This document shows positions 9,411 through 19,483 of a stretch of DNA of 64,000 nt, in pieces. The DNA is taken from NCBI GenBank assembly GCA_965198045.1, contig CBDAOL010000007.1:162832-226831 (forward strand). Direction: 5' to 3'. The notes below the pieces were generated by a model. The model was given only the letters and a program-made list of their open reading frames with translations, had not been told where the DNA came from and ran no database searches. The position numbers and the translations under genes were made by a program. The stretch comes from Dehalococcoidia bacterium. GTDB lineage: Bacteria; Chloroflexota; Dehalococcoidia; UBA2979. Every line of letters starts with the position of its first letter. Positions within the stretch are counted from its first letter, which is position 1.

Positions 9411-10859
9411 ATGACATCGATTTGGCTTGCGAGCGTCGCCACCGCCAATCGCCTCTACCTCATCAGTGCTCTTGCTGCCGTCAGCGTCTTGGCAATCAAC
9501 CCAACAAGAGCTGGATTGCTTCCGTGCCTGCTCGTGGTCCTTGGTGCGGCCGCGGCAAAGGCGTACTCGCGATTAACATCGAGCCGAGCTGAGACACGCG
9601 TGGAAGAAGTACCGGTCTCGCGAGTACCGACGCCGGCACGCACTTGGGAACAGGTGATGGACGCTCACTGCGCCGCGCTCTTGCAGGAGGGGATGCGGTC
9701 GTTCGCGCTGTCGGTCTACTTTTCCGATGCGCGACGCATCTCTAGCGCATGGGGGCTGGAGGGCATCCATGAAGTCCGTGAAGCGTTTCTCGCGGCGGTC
9801 GAAGCGAAGGCTCGACTGGTGCTGGGTTCGTCCGCGCACCGCGCAGACGACGGATCGATCGTGATTCTGGCGTCCGGGGGTGAGAACGCAGCGCGAGTGC
9901 TCACTGAGCGCCTCGGTAGCACCACGGTGGTTCGAGTCCGAGACCGCCAGCTCCACCTCTCAACCAGCGCGGGACTCGCGTTCAGCGACCAGGACGGGCA
10001 GTTCGCCAACCTCGCACTCGCCGCCGCTGGCGCTCGCAACTGTCCTTCGCGCACGCTCGGCGAGGTGGCGCACCACTGCGGCCCGACCTGTACCACCGGC
10101 TCGGATCTCCTCGATCTCGAGGACTTGCTTGGGACCGCCGTCGCCGAGGACGGCTTCGTCCTCCGTTACCAGCCGCAGTTTGACCTTCTCTCAGGTGAGA
10201 TTGTTGGCGCCGAGGCGCTGATCCGTTGGAATCACGAGTCTGACGAGCTCGAGCCGGCCCACTTCCTGGGCGTGCTCGAGGATTCGGGAATGATCCTGCG
10301 TGTCGGTGGATGGGTGCTCGAGGAGGCGTGTCGCGAAGCTGCACGCTGGCAGGAGGGCGGGCTCCCTGTGCCCGTCGCGGTCAACATCTCGGCACAGCAA
10401 CTGGTGCCCGAGTTGGTCGATCACGTGGAGCTAGCGCTCGGTGGATCTCTCTTGCCAGCCCGACAACTCGAGCTTGAGTTCACCGAGACGGCGGCACTGG
10501 CTGATCCCGCCGCTGCCTACGGCATCGCCGGCGCGCTTCGCGACCTGGGGGTGAAGATCTCGCTTGACGACTTCGGCACGGGCCACTCGTCGTTGACGCA
10601 TCTGCGCCGCCTTGCCCCAAGCCGGGTAAAGATCGACAAGTCGTTCGTTCGTGCAATCGCCGACCGCCGCGAACGCACAATCATCGGCGGTACGATCGAG
10701 CTGGCTCACGAACTCGGATGCGTGGTCGTGGCCGAGGGAGTCGAGACCTCCCAGCACCTGAGGCTATTGACGCAAATGGGCTGCGACGTGGGGCAGGGGT
10801 TCCTGCTGGGTCGGCCACAGCCGGCTGATGATCTTGTTCGGTACAAGACCAGCGCTTGA
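9411..10859 (+). CDS. membrane-anchored c-di-GMP phosphodiesterase (degenerate GGDEF + intact EAL)
   Basis: YQPQ, GAEALIRW, VAVNIS, LELEFTE, DDFGTG, VKIDKSF, AEGVE, GQGF; no GGDEF signature. Confidence 0.92.
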   Translation: MTSIWLASVATANRLYLISALAAVSVLAINPTRAGLLPCLLVVLGAAAAKAYSRLTSSRAETRVEEVPVSRVPTPARTWEQVMDAHCAALLQEGMRSFALSVYFSDARRISSAWGLEGIHEVREAFLAAVEAKARLVLGSSAHRADDGSIVILASGGENAARVLTERLGSTTVVRVRDRQLHLSTSAGLAFSDQDGQFANLALAAAGARNCPSRTLGEVAHHCGPTCTTGSDLLDLEDLLGTAVAEDGFVLRYQPQFDLLSGEIVGAEALIRWNHESDELEPAHFLGVLEDSGMILRVGGWVLEEACREAARWQEGGLPVPVAVNISAQQLVPELVDHVELALGGSLLPARQLELEFTETAALADPAAAYGIAGALRDLGVKISLDDFGTGHSSLTHLRRLAPSRVKIDKSFVRAIADRRERTIIGGTIELAHELGCVVVAEGVETSQHLRLLTQMGCDVGQGFLLGRPQPADDLVRYKTSA

Positions 10860-11225
10860 CCGTTACCGACGCAGCATCGACCCACGCCTCGGCGAGCACT
10901 CGATCATTCTCTCACTCGTCGGTTTGACTACCCAAATGATCCACTTTCACGCCCATCCGCGCTCGCGCTACACGCGCGAGCATCGCGCCCAAGCCCGCAA
11001 ACGCGCGCGCGAGGCCCGCTGGAAGCGGGCGACGACCTGTCGCGCGCGTATGCGTCTTGCCGCGGCCCGTACGCGCCCGCGAGGCGGCGGCGTGCGGCTT
11101 AATCGTCCAGCACGCCCAACGATCGAACGTGGGAACCTGCGTGGCACGTTCAAGGCGCGCGCTCTCTCCTGACGCGCGCGAAGTCGACAGCTATCATCGC
11201 GCACGCTGAGGACCGGGCGGAGTCA

Positions 11226-11490
11226 GTGACCGGGACTGAACTCATTCTCCACTACGACGGAGTCGAAGCGGCCCGCTACATCGACGACCCAGATGAGTTC
11301 GTCCGCGTCTGCCCAGAATGCAGTCACGTCAACTCGGTCTCGCGACCAGCGTCGCCCGATGCCTCCATCCTGAACGAAGTGTCGGCCTGCGTCGTTTGCG
11401 CAACCGAGATTGGCAGCGGCGAACTTGTATACCTGGCACGCACCGCCCGCGCTCCGATTCCGTTCGGGCCAAATCGACTGGGGACGGTAG
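11226..11490 (+). CDS. hypothetical protein with two CxxC motifs, running into the IS end
   Basis: CPEC and CVVC; the reading frame continues into the IS inverted repeat. Confidence 0.4.
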
Positions 11491-11519
11491 TGACCGGACC
11501 CCCTTTGCGAGACCACCGC

Positions 11520-12344
11520 TTATGAGAGTCCAGCGTGTTGCTGAGCCTCCCAGCGCTCGGCGTAGGTAGCCGGGGCGAGCCAGCCCAGGCTGCTGTGCGG
11601 GCGCTTCGTGTTGTACTCGATCCGCCAGTCCTCGATCAGCACCTGCGCCTCGAGCAGGCTGTCGAACTGCTCGACGGCCAGGAACTCGTCGCGCAGCCGG
11701 CCGTTGAACGACTCGACGAATGGGTTTTCCCACGGCGCACCGGGCTCGATGTAGCTGCTGCCCGTACCGCTGAACCGGCACCAGTCGCGCAGCGCGTTGG
11801 CCGTGAGCTCGGGCCCGTTGTCGCAGCGGATGTACCCCGGCGCCGTCCCGCGCCCGGCGACGATCCGGTCGAGCGTGGCGGCGGTGGCGTCGGCGTTGAT
11901 GCGCCTGGCGGCCACCACCGCCAGCGCCTCCCGCGTGTGCTCGTCGACGATGTTGAGCAGCTTCAGGACCCGCCCGTCCGCGGTCTGGTCGAACTGGAAG
12001 TCCAGCGCCCAGACGTGGTTCGGCCGCTCAGCACTCAGCCGCCTGGCGGGCTGAGCCGAGTCCCCCAGACGCTGACGCTTGCGTCGTGTCAGCGGGACGC
12101 GCAGCCCCTCCTCACGCCAGAGCCGTTGCACCCGCTTGCGGTTCACGGTCCATCCCTCCTCGCGCAAGGTCGCCCATGCGCGGCGGTATCCCCAGCGGGG
12201 GTGGCCACGCGAGAAGGCGTGCAACTCCGTCCTGAGCGCGTCGTCGCCGCGGCCGCGCGCCGGCAGGCGGCGCTGCGTGGAGCGGTGCTGGCCGGTGACC
12301 CGGCATGCCCGCCGTTCCGACAACTCGAGGCGGTCCTGCAACAT
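11520..12344 (-). CDS. IS3 transposase OrfB (DDE)
   Basis: WALDF, DNGPE, ESFNGRLRDE, RPHSSLG. Confidence 0.95.
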   Translation of the reverse strand: MLQDRLELSERRACRVTGQHRSTQRRLPARGRGDDALRTELHAFSRGHPRWGYRRAWATLREEGWTVNRKRVQRLWREEGLRVPLTRRKRQRLGDSAQPARRLSAERPNHVWALDFQFDQTADGRVLKLLNIVDEHTREALAVVAARRINADATAATLDRIVAGRGTAPGYIRCDNGPELTANALRDWCRFSGTGSSYIEPGAPWENPFVESFNGRLRDEFLAVEQFDSLLEAQVLIEDWRIEYNTKRPHSSLGWLAPATYAERWEAQQHAGLS

Positions 12345-12373
12345 GCAGACCGCCTCGCGCCGGCGCGACGGGC

Positions 12374-12652
12374 TTACCAGTTTCCCCGGGCGATCTCCTT
12401 GAGCGCGTCGATCTCGAGTTCCTTGTCGGCGACGATCCGCTTCAGCCGCGCGTTCTCGCGCTCCAGCTCGCGCAGCCGTTTGGCGTCGTCGGCCTTCATC
12501 CCCCCGTACTGGTTGCGCCAGCGGTGGTAGGTCTGCTCCGAGATCTCGACCCGTTTCGCCGCCTCCGCGATCGTCTGCCCCTCACCGAGCAGCCGCTCCA
12601 CCTCCCGCAGCTTGCGCACGATCTGCTCAGGCGTGTGCCTGCGTCGTTTCAC
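12374..12652 (-). CDS. IS3 transposase OrfA
   Basis: HTH plus RLRELERENARLKRIVAD zipper; ends at a GGGGAAAC candidate -1 frameshift site. Confidence 0.95.
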   Translation of the reverse strand: MKRRRHTPEQIVRKLREVERLLGEGQTIAEAAKRVEISEQTYHRWRNQYGGMKADDAKRLRELERENARLKRIVADKELEIDALKEIARGNW

Positions 12653-12730
12653 CGTGATGTCCTCCTCCGCCCACCTTCGCGGGCCAAAGGACTCTCATCA
12701 ACGGTGGTCTCGTCTCACGGGGTCAGGTCA

Positions 12731-13533
12731 GACTCTTTGGACCCGATGATCCCGACGACATCGCATTTGTCGATGACCTGCTGGACGCGATGGAGGCGGA
12801 GCTCTGCATCGACTCTGCGCGTGTCTTCTCCACGGGCTTCTCCTCCGGCGCAGCTCTGTCGGTACGACTTGCCTGCGACCTCTCCGATCGCATTGCGGCC
12901 ATCGCCCCCGTCGCGGGAGTCTACTTTCCCCCGTCTAACGTTCATATACCCGAGTCGGCCTGCCTCTCGACGCGGCCGGTCCCCGTCATCGCCTTCCACG
13001 GGATCGACGACAAGGGTGTCCCATTCGAGGGCAGCGAGCGGGTGAACCGACTGATCCCCTGGGTTATCGCACTAGCCGCGATCGGGGGTGGGCTAGTGCT
13101 CTACCGCAGGAGCAGACGAGGAGGCTGGCGGGCCATCGGCATGAGTGCCTTTGCCCTCGCAGTCGGCGCCCTGCTGGTCTTCGCGCTGACTGACCCTGCG
13201 TTCGAGAGTATTGGAGGGCGGCGGTCTATCGAGGACGAACATATACCGGGCTGGGCGGCGCACAACGGCTGCGCCAGCGTGCCAGTGGAGGAGCAAGTAA
13301 CCCAGAACGTTCGGTTAGTTCGCTATGAGGAATGCGAAGACGGCGCGACAGTTGAGCTGTACGCTATCGACGGTGGCGGACACCAGTGGCCAGACGCCAC
13401 GTTCGAATTGAGACAAAGGGGACCGCCGAGCCGTTTTAACCCGGACTTCGGCACCCTTACCCACGAGATCAGCGCTAACGACCTGATGTGGGACTTCTTC
13501 GCGGCCCACCCGCTGTCGGCGGCACGGGAGTGA
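12731..13533 (+). pseudogene. LpqC/PHB-depolymerase-like esterase, 5' truncated at the IS
   Basis: GFSSG nucleophile motif, FHGIDD, GGGHQWP. Confidence 0.8.
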
Positions 13534-13544
13534 CCTGCCCCCAT

Positions 13545-13973
13545 CACGCCCGCCGCGGGCAAGATCGCCTTCGTACCGCGATCCCCTTCAGCTTTGAGAT
13601 CTACGTCATGAACGCCGACGGCTCCTCGCGCGACGGCCTGCGCTTCGCCATCGCTGCACAGCAGGCACTCGACGCCCGCAGCGCCTCGCTCGACGCATCA
13701 GACGACAGCGTCACGCCGGTGCGCGTACGCATGGGTCTGCACGTCGGCGAGGTCGTGCGTGAGGACACGGGCGAGCGCGCCGACTTCTATGGCCGCCACG
13801 TCGCGATGGCGGAGCGCGTCGCCTCGCAGGCCTCCGGCGGTGAGGTGCTCGTCTCCTCGCTGTTACGCGAGCTCATCGAGCCCTCCGGCGAGTTCGCCTT
13901 CGCGTCGCGCGAGCCGGTGGCCTTCAAGGGCCTCGACGGCGAGCACCTGTCGTACGCAGTGGGGTGGGCGTGA
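13545..13973 (+). pseudogene. chimera of a TolB/PD40 fragment and a class III cyclase C-terminal fragment
   Basis: FEIYVMNADGS followed by VRVRMGLHVGE...DFYGRHVAMAERV...FKGL. Confidence 0.7.
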
Positions 13974-15265
13974 TGGCCGCGCCGCCGATTCAGTACCTCA
14001 CAACCGACGACGGTATTCGGCTGGCGTACTCGACGGTTGGTCAAGGCGTGCCGGTGATCGTCCTGCCGAACGAATCGCTCTCGATGACCGGTCGATGGAG
14101 AGTCCCGCAAATCGTCTCGTTCTACGAGCGGCTGGGTCAGGGACGTCAACTCGTGACGTACGACCGACGCGGCTTTGGATTGTCCGACCTCGCCGACGTC
14201 GCAACCAGCCTTGATCAGGCTGTCGCTGACATCATCTCGGTCGCCGACGAACTAGAGCTGGAGGCGTTTGATGTCTTTGGCACTAGAGATGGCCTCGCCA
14301 TCGGACTAGCAGCAACCCATCCCGATCGAGTCCGCCGGCTCGTTCTCTGGGATCCCGTCGCCAAGATCGACGAACTTCTCGCGACGCCGGTCATCGAGAT
14401 GGGACGGCGGATGATCGAGGGGGACTGGACCACCTATTGGGAGAGCATGCTCAAGATGCTGGACCTGCCAAGTGAGTATGCCGGTGCCTGGGCGGAGTCG
14501 ATCAGCCAGGAGAGCTACCGGCGGATGTACGACAGCGGTGTCGGCGTGGACATCACGCCGCTATTCGATTCGGTCCGGTCCGAGACGCTCGTTGTGGGAT
14601 ACACAGAGGCCAGCTACTCACCGCCCGGCGCAGCCCGCGCTGCTGCCGCTGGAATCCAGGGTGCACGTTTCGTTCAGCTCGGCGGGTCACCGTATGTCCC
14701 CTGGCACGCCGAGACGATCAACGATGTCCTCGAGGCGGTGCTCCCGTTCCTCGACGAAGGAGCACCGTCCTACCGGACCGAGCCGGGCGGGTTCCAGACC
14801 ATCCTGTTCACGGACCTCGAAGCCAGCACGCCGCTGACTCAGCGCCTCGGCGACGAGGGCGCGCAGGAGCTGCTCCGAGGCCACAACACGACCGTCCGCA
14901 CGGCGCTCGACGAGCACGGTGGCCGCGAGGTGAAGCACACCGGCGACGGCATCATGGCCAGCTTCCCCGCGGCGGTCTCTGCGGTGACGGTGGCGCTCCA
15001 GATCCAGCGCGGGCTAGCAGGCGGCGAGGTACGGGTGCGCGTCGGGCTGAATGCGGGCGAGCCGATCGCTGAGGACGATGACTTGTTTGGCCTGAGCGTG
15101 ATCAAGGCGGCGCGTATCGCCGACCGGGCGGAGCCGGGTCAGGTGCTGGTCAGCCGCGTGGTGATGGATCTCTGCGAGGGGAAGACGTTCAAGTTCGCCT
15201 CGCTGGGGGATGTGAGCCTCAAAGGGTTCGATCAAGCGGTGACGTTGTTCGAGGTGACGGCATGA
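13964..15265 (+). CDS. alpha/beta-hydrolase fold + class III adenylate/guanylate cyclase (LipJ-like architecture)
   Basis: YDRRGFGLSD; TILFTDLEAST, VKHTGDG, VRVGLNAGEP, DDLFG. Confidence 0.93.
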   Translation: MGVMAAPPIQYLTTDDGIRLAYSTVGQGVPVIVLPNESLSMTGRWRVPQIVSFYERLGQGRQLVTYDRRGFGLSDLADVATSLDQAVADIISVADELELEAFDVFGTRDGLAIGLAATHPDRVRRLVLWDPVAKIDELLATPVIEMGRRMIEGDWTTYWESMLKMLDLPSEYAGAWAESISQESYRRMYDSGVGVDITPLFDSVRSETLVVGYTEASYSPPGAARAAAAGIQGARFVQLGGSPYVPWHAETINDVLEAVLPFLDEGAPSYRTEPGGFQTILFTDLEASTPLTQRLGDEGAQELLRGHNTTVRTALDEHGGREVKHTGDGIMASFPAAVSAVTVALQIQRGLAGGEVRVRVGLNAGEPIAEDDDLFGLSVIKAARIADRAEPGQVLVSRVVMDLCEGKTFKFASLGDVSLKGFDQAVTLFEVTA

Positions 15266-16584
15266 CGCAAGCGAGCGCCCTTCGCTATGCGGTTACATCT
15301 GACAACGTGGACATCGCCTATGCAGTCGTTGGCGAGGGCCGCCCGGTGGTATACGCCGGTCGTTTCGCCAACCCGGGGATCGATCTGACGCTCGCGTCGC
15401 CACGCTGGATGAAGCAGTTCGAACCGCTCCAACATCGTGCGCTTGTCCTCTTCGACTGGCGCGGCCTGGGTGCCTCGGGCGTCTCGACAGACGGCTTCAC
15501 GGCGGAAGGGTTCAGGCTGGATCTGGCGGCCGTCATCGATGCCGTCGGGTCGGAGCCGGTAGACCTCGTCGCGCGTGGTGCGCCCATCGACCTCGCGCTC
15601 GAGTTCGCGGCGAAGCACCCCGAGCGCGTGCGGCGATTGGTCCTCGACGCGACGCCCGCGGGGCTCGACCCTGAGGGGCGATTCGCAGGCGTCCTTCAGG
15701 CCGCCGCCTCCTCGGACTGGTCGCTCTCCGCCGAGTTGGTTGCGCTACTCCTCTACGGTTTCATCGACAGCGATCTCGCCCGTGAGGTCCACCTGCGACT
15801 CGCGACCAGCCTCGACAGGGACCGCTGGCGCGAGCTGTTGGCCGCAACGTCGGCGTTCGGAGATCCGGAGGCGCGCACAGTTGAACTCGCCTCACAGGTC
15901 CAGGCCCCGACGCTGATCTATCAGAGCCGTTCCGCATCTGCCGACGCACAGGCAAGGACTCGCGGCCAGGTTGCGCGGCTTCGCGATGGCAGACTGATCG
16001 TCGACGAGTCGGGCCGCGAGGACTTCCAGAAGGTGTGGAGGGTCACCGGTGCGTTCCTGGATGAGGAGGCACCGTTGGACGGCGGGGCAGCGGGGCTCCA
16101 GACAATCCTCTTCACCGACCTCGTGGGCTCGACCGCGATGCAGTCCCGCCTGGGCGACGACGGAGCGATGGAGGTGCTGCGCGCACATGACGCTGCGGTT
16201 CGGCAGGCCATCGGCGATTTCAACGGTCGCGAAGTGAAGCACACCGGCGATGGCATGATGACCGCCTTCGGCTCCGCCGCCGACGCCGTGAACTGCGCCC
16301 TGACGGTGCGCCGCGACATCGCGACCTACAACGACACCCACGAGGGCGAAGAACTGCTCGTGCGCTTCGGTCTCAATGCAGGTGAACCGATCGCGGAGGA
16401 CGACGATCTCTTTGGCTCAGCGTCACGCTGGCGGTGCGCATCGGGGACTGGGGCGAGCCGGGGCAGGTGCTGGTCTCCGATGTGGTGTGGCAACTGCTGC
16501 TCGGCAAGGGGTTCGAGTTCACCGCGGTCGGCCAAGTTGAAGCGATCGGGCGAGCCGGTCGCGCTCCAACGGATCATCGCTTGA
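15262..16584 (+). CDS. alpha/beta-hydrolase fold + class III cyclase, frameshifted near 16417
   Basis: FDWRGLGASG; ILFTDLVGST, KHTGDG; the expected C-terminus continues in ORF 16434-16652. Confidence 0.85.
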   Translation: MTQASALRYAVTSDNVDIAYAVVGEGRPVVYAGRFANPGIDLTLASPRWMKQFEPLQHRALVLFDWRGLGASGVSTDGFTAEGFRLDLAAVIDAVGSEPVDLVARGAPIDLALEFAAKHPERVRRLVLDATPAGLDPEGRFAGVLQAAASSDWSLSAELVALLLYGFIDSDLAREVHLRLATSLDRDRWRELLAATSAFGDPEARTVELASQVQAPTLIYQSRSASADAQARTRGQVARLRDGRLIVDESGREDFQKVWRVTGAFLDEEAPLDGGAAGLQTILFTDLVGSTAMQSRLGDDGAMEVLRAHDAAVRQAIGDFNGREVKHTGDGMMTAFGSAADAVNCALTVRRDIATYNDTHEGEELLVRFGLNAGEPIAEDDDLFGSASRWRCASGTGASRGRCWSPMWCGNCCSARGSSSPRSAKLKRSGEPVALQRIIA

Positions 16585-16655
16585 CGCTGCGGCCATCCGA
16601 CCCAAGCGGCGTCCAGATCGAGTGTCGAGGTGTAGTATTCACGTGCACGTGAGGG

Positions 16656-18221
16656 TTGCGCTTGACACTGGCCGACGGGACCGCTGCACCTGTGTTTGAG
16701 GGCGCTCGCAGCGTCGAGCCGGCGCTCGACGAGCCCGGCTACAACCTCGCGTCCCAGATTTTCCGCGACGAGCGCCCCCGCAGCAGGCGTCGACCTGCCA
16801 GCGAGAACGTCAGTGCACGCTACAACCTCGCCGCCCGTATCTACGGCAACGGTGAAGCGGTAGCCGCCGCAGTCCGGACGCCCGCCGAGGTCTTCGAAGC
16901 TCCTCCGGTTGTTCCGACCGTGGTGGCCGTGCCCGAGCCTCCGCGTAGCTGGCGTCTGCCGAGGACGTTCGAGGCGCTCGAGTTCGGACCGTTCCGCTGG
17001 TACATGGGCGCGATGATCTGGTGGAACGCGGCAATGAGCATGCAGATGCTCGTCCGCGGCTACCTCGCCTTCAACCTCACTGGCGACTTCCGCGCGCTCG
17101 GCCTGGTCAGCATCGGCTCCGCGTTGCCGATGCTCGTGCTCTCCCCTGTGGGCGGCGTGATTTCCGACCGCACCTCCCGGCGCGCGGTCCTGCAGCTCGG
17201 ACAGATCTCAAGTCTCGTCATCAGCATCGTCATGGCACTGCTGCTCTTCTCAGGCCAGCTCGAGTTCTGGCACCTGGTCGGTGCCTCAGTGGCGCAGGGC
17301 ATGATGATGTCGCTGGTCATGCCCTCGCGCGAGACGTTCCTGCCAGAGGTGGTGGGCATTGGGCGGCTGATGAACGCCATCCCACTTCAAGATGCGGGGA
17401 TGAACATGACGCAGCTGCTCGCGCCCGCCGTCGCCGGCTTCATGATCGACTGGATCGGCGCTGGCTCGGTCTACAGCGTCATGGCTGCAATGTACGCATT
17501 GTCGGTGATCGCGCTCTTCGGCGTGCGCTCGATGTCGCCCGGGGAACTCGAGACCTCGCGCAGCGCGCTGGGGCGCGCCGGACCCGCCCTGGTGAGGAGC
17601 GCTGGTCGTACTAACCGCGGCAGCGCGTTCTCCGAGATCGGCGCGGGACTACGCTACATCGTTCGCGACCGCACGATCCTCGCGATCGTGTCGCTTTCGT
17701 TCCTTACCTCGGTGCTGGCGATGCCGATCCGCATGCTGCTCCCCGGCTACGTCGGCGCAGTCTTCGGCGACTCCGGTTCGACGCTCGGATTGCTGCAAAG
17801 CTCGATGGCGATCGGCGCCCTCGTTGGCGCGCTGGGACTGGCCACGATGCGCATGCGACGTTACCGAGGGCTACTCTTCGCCGGGAGCGCGGTGCTCATG
17901 GGCGTCGCGATGATGGCGTTCTCGACGAGCAGTCTCTTCGTCGCCGGCGCGATAGGGCTGTTCGTGATCGGCGCAGGGTCTTCGGGCCGCCAGTCGACGA
18001 GCCGGATCCTGGTCCAGGAGTACGTCGAGGATGAGTACCGGGGCCGGGTCATGGCGGTCTACATGATGCAGTTCAGCCTCATGTCCGTGGGCGTGTTATT
18101 CGTCAGCATAATGATGCAGGCGATCGGCGCCCAGCTCACGATCGCGGCGCTCGGTGCGCTCCTGGTCGTTGCCACCGGGCTTTTCGTTGTTCTCGTGCCG
18201 CGTCTGCGATCACTCGCCTAG
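16656..18221 (+). CDS. MFS transporter with N-terminal extension
   Basis: About 12 TM helices; GGVISDRTSRR; EYRGRVMA. Confidence 0.92.
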   Translation: MRLTLADGTAAPVFEGARSVEPALDEPGYNLASQIFRDERPRSRRRPASENVSARYNLAARIYGNGEAVAAAVRTPAEVFEAPPVVPTVVAVPEPPRSWRLPRTFEALEFGPFRWYMGAMIWWNAAMSMQMLVRGYLAFNLTGDFRALGLVSIGSALPMLVLSPVGGVISDRTSRRAVLQLGQISSLVISIVMALLLFSGQLEFWHLVGASVAQGMMMSLVMPSRETFLPEVVGIGRLMNAIPLQDAGMNMTQLLAPAVAGFMIDWIGAGSVYSVMAAMYALSVIALFGVRSMSPGELETSRSALGRAGPALVRSAGRTNRGSAFSEIGAGLRYIVRDRTILAIVSLSFLTSVLAMPIRMLLPGYVGAVFGDSGSTLGLLQSSMAIGALVGALGLATMRMRRYRGLLFAGSAVLMGVAMMAFSTSSLFVAGAIGLFVIGAGSSGRQSTSRILVQEYVEDEYRGRVMAVYMMQFSLMSVGVLFVSIMMQAIGAQLTIAALGALLVVATGLFVVLVPRLRSLA

Positions 18222-18395
18222 TTCTAGAACTGACGGAGCTTGTTTACAGTCAGCGTCTCCCCAGATGTGAGGAGCAGCGATGACTGAGCAGATGCAGCGC
18301 CGCGTGGTGGCGCCGGCGGTCACGTTCGGCGGCGACGTCGTTTGCGAACGCCGGGCGCTAATTTCTCTCGGAAAGAAACGTCCTTGCTCGCGCTT

Positions 18396-18551
18396 CTACT
18401 CGCCTCTCGCGGGATCCGCCTCACCGCGCCCCAGGCGTCGCGCAAAGCTCAACTCATGCCCGTCCGGGTCGCGCAGGTGGAAGTAACGCTCGCCCCAGGA
18501 CGCATCGCGCGGCGCGAAGAGCGGGCGAAGCCCCGGTCCGGTCGCACGCGC
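18396..18551 (-). pseudogene. VOC/glyoxalase 3' fragment
   Basis: PLFAPRDASWGERYFHLRDPDGHELSFARRL, same peptide as the intact gene at 28845-29267. Confidence 0.8.
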
Positions 18552-18572
18552 TCGGACGAGACGGTGGAGCTG

Positions 18573-19007
18573 ATGCCGTCTGATGCGGAGCAACGCGGAT
18601 GGACGAGAACGAGCGCATGGGCGTTCTCGGCGTGGTTGGTCGGCGGGCTCGCGCTACTTGGCGTCGCGGTGATGCGGGCCGAGCTTGGTTGTGAGGCTGG
18701 AGACGACGAGTGCGCCTGGCGCAATCTGGAAATCTTCGCGGTCGCCGCTCCCATCGCGTTCCTCTGGCTGATTGGGCTCCTCGGGTTCATCGTGCAGATT
18801 CCCGCGCTGCGGCCTTGGATGGGGCTCGGACTCGGGCTCTTGCTGATTGGCGCTGGCGTAGCATGGGAGCTGAGTTCACGCCGCTTCGCCATTCACGTTT
18901 TCTTGGGTGCTGGGCTGATGCTCATTGGCCTGGGAGTGACAGCCTTGGCCTGGCGCTCGACGAAGCGTCAGAGGGCTAGTAGTCCTCCTCGCCGGAGCGA
19001 AAACTGA
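18573..19007 (+). CDS. hypothetical 4-TM membrane protein
   Basis: Four hydrophobic segments; GGAG upstream of ATG. Confidence 0.6.
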   Translation: MPSDAEQRGWTRTSAWAFSAWLVGGLALLGVAVMRAELGCEAGDDECAWRNLEIFAVAAPIAFLWLIGLLGFIVQIPALRPWMGLGLGLLLIGAGVAWELSSRRFAIHVFLGAGLMLIGLGVTALAWRSTKRQRASSPPRRSEN

Positions 19008-19111
19008 TGTCGATGACGATACCAGCCCCTCCCAGCTCGCGTTGTCATCATGTTCGCGCTATCAGCCGGTGTAGCCCCGGCGCTTCCATGTCTTCCACAG
19101 GTATTCGCAGT

Positions 19112-19483
19112 TCAAGCACTTCGTTGTCGTGGTGTCGGGCCCGCGCGAGACCAACTTGGGGCGACAGGACCCGCAGTAGGGGCCATCGCATGACCGGCAC
19201 ACACCCCAAGGAGGCGCCGGAGAAATCGACCCGGACGCCTACCACAGACCACGCAGACGCCAGCTTCACGGGCCACGGCGGAGCGTCGCAGCCCCTCCGC
19301 ACGAGCCGCATCGCGGGTCGAGCGTTCCTGTTCACGAGCGCGGCGCACTTGTTCACGAGCGCGCCGCGCTAACGGCTTGAACGGCTCACCACACGACCGG
19401 CAGCTAGCCCGGTTGTCGCCGTTCTCCGTGGAGCATTGTGGGCAGACCAGCATTGTGGGCCGATGTTGCCTGAGAGGCTTCAA
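19112..19483 (-). CDS. zinc-ribbon domain protein (possibly frameshifted)
   Basis: VCPQCSTENGDNRASCRSCGEP. Confidence 0.5.
   Translation of the reverse strand: MKPLRQHRPTMLVCPQCSTENGDNRASCRSCGEPFKPLARRAREQVRRAREQERSTRDAARAEGLRRSAVAREAGVCVVCGRRPGRFLRRLLGVCAGHAMAPTAGPVAPSWSRAGPTPRQRSA

Larger units (their letters stand above)
11491..12730 (-). mobile_element. IS3-family insertion sequence (1240 bp)
   Basis: TG...CA ends with imperfect IRs TGACCGGACCCCCTTTGCGAGACCACCG / CGGTGGTCTCGTCTCACGGGGTCAGGTCA; orfA and orfB; no TSD visible. Confidence 0.95.
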
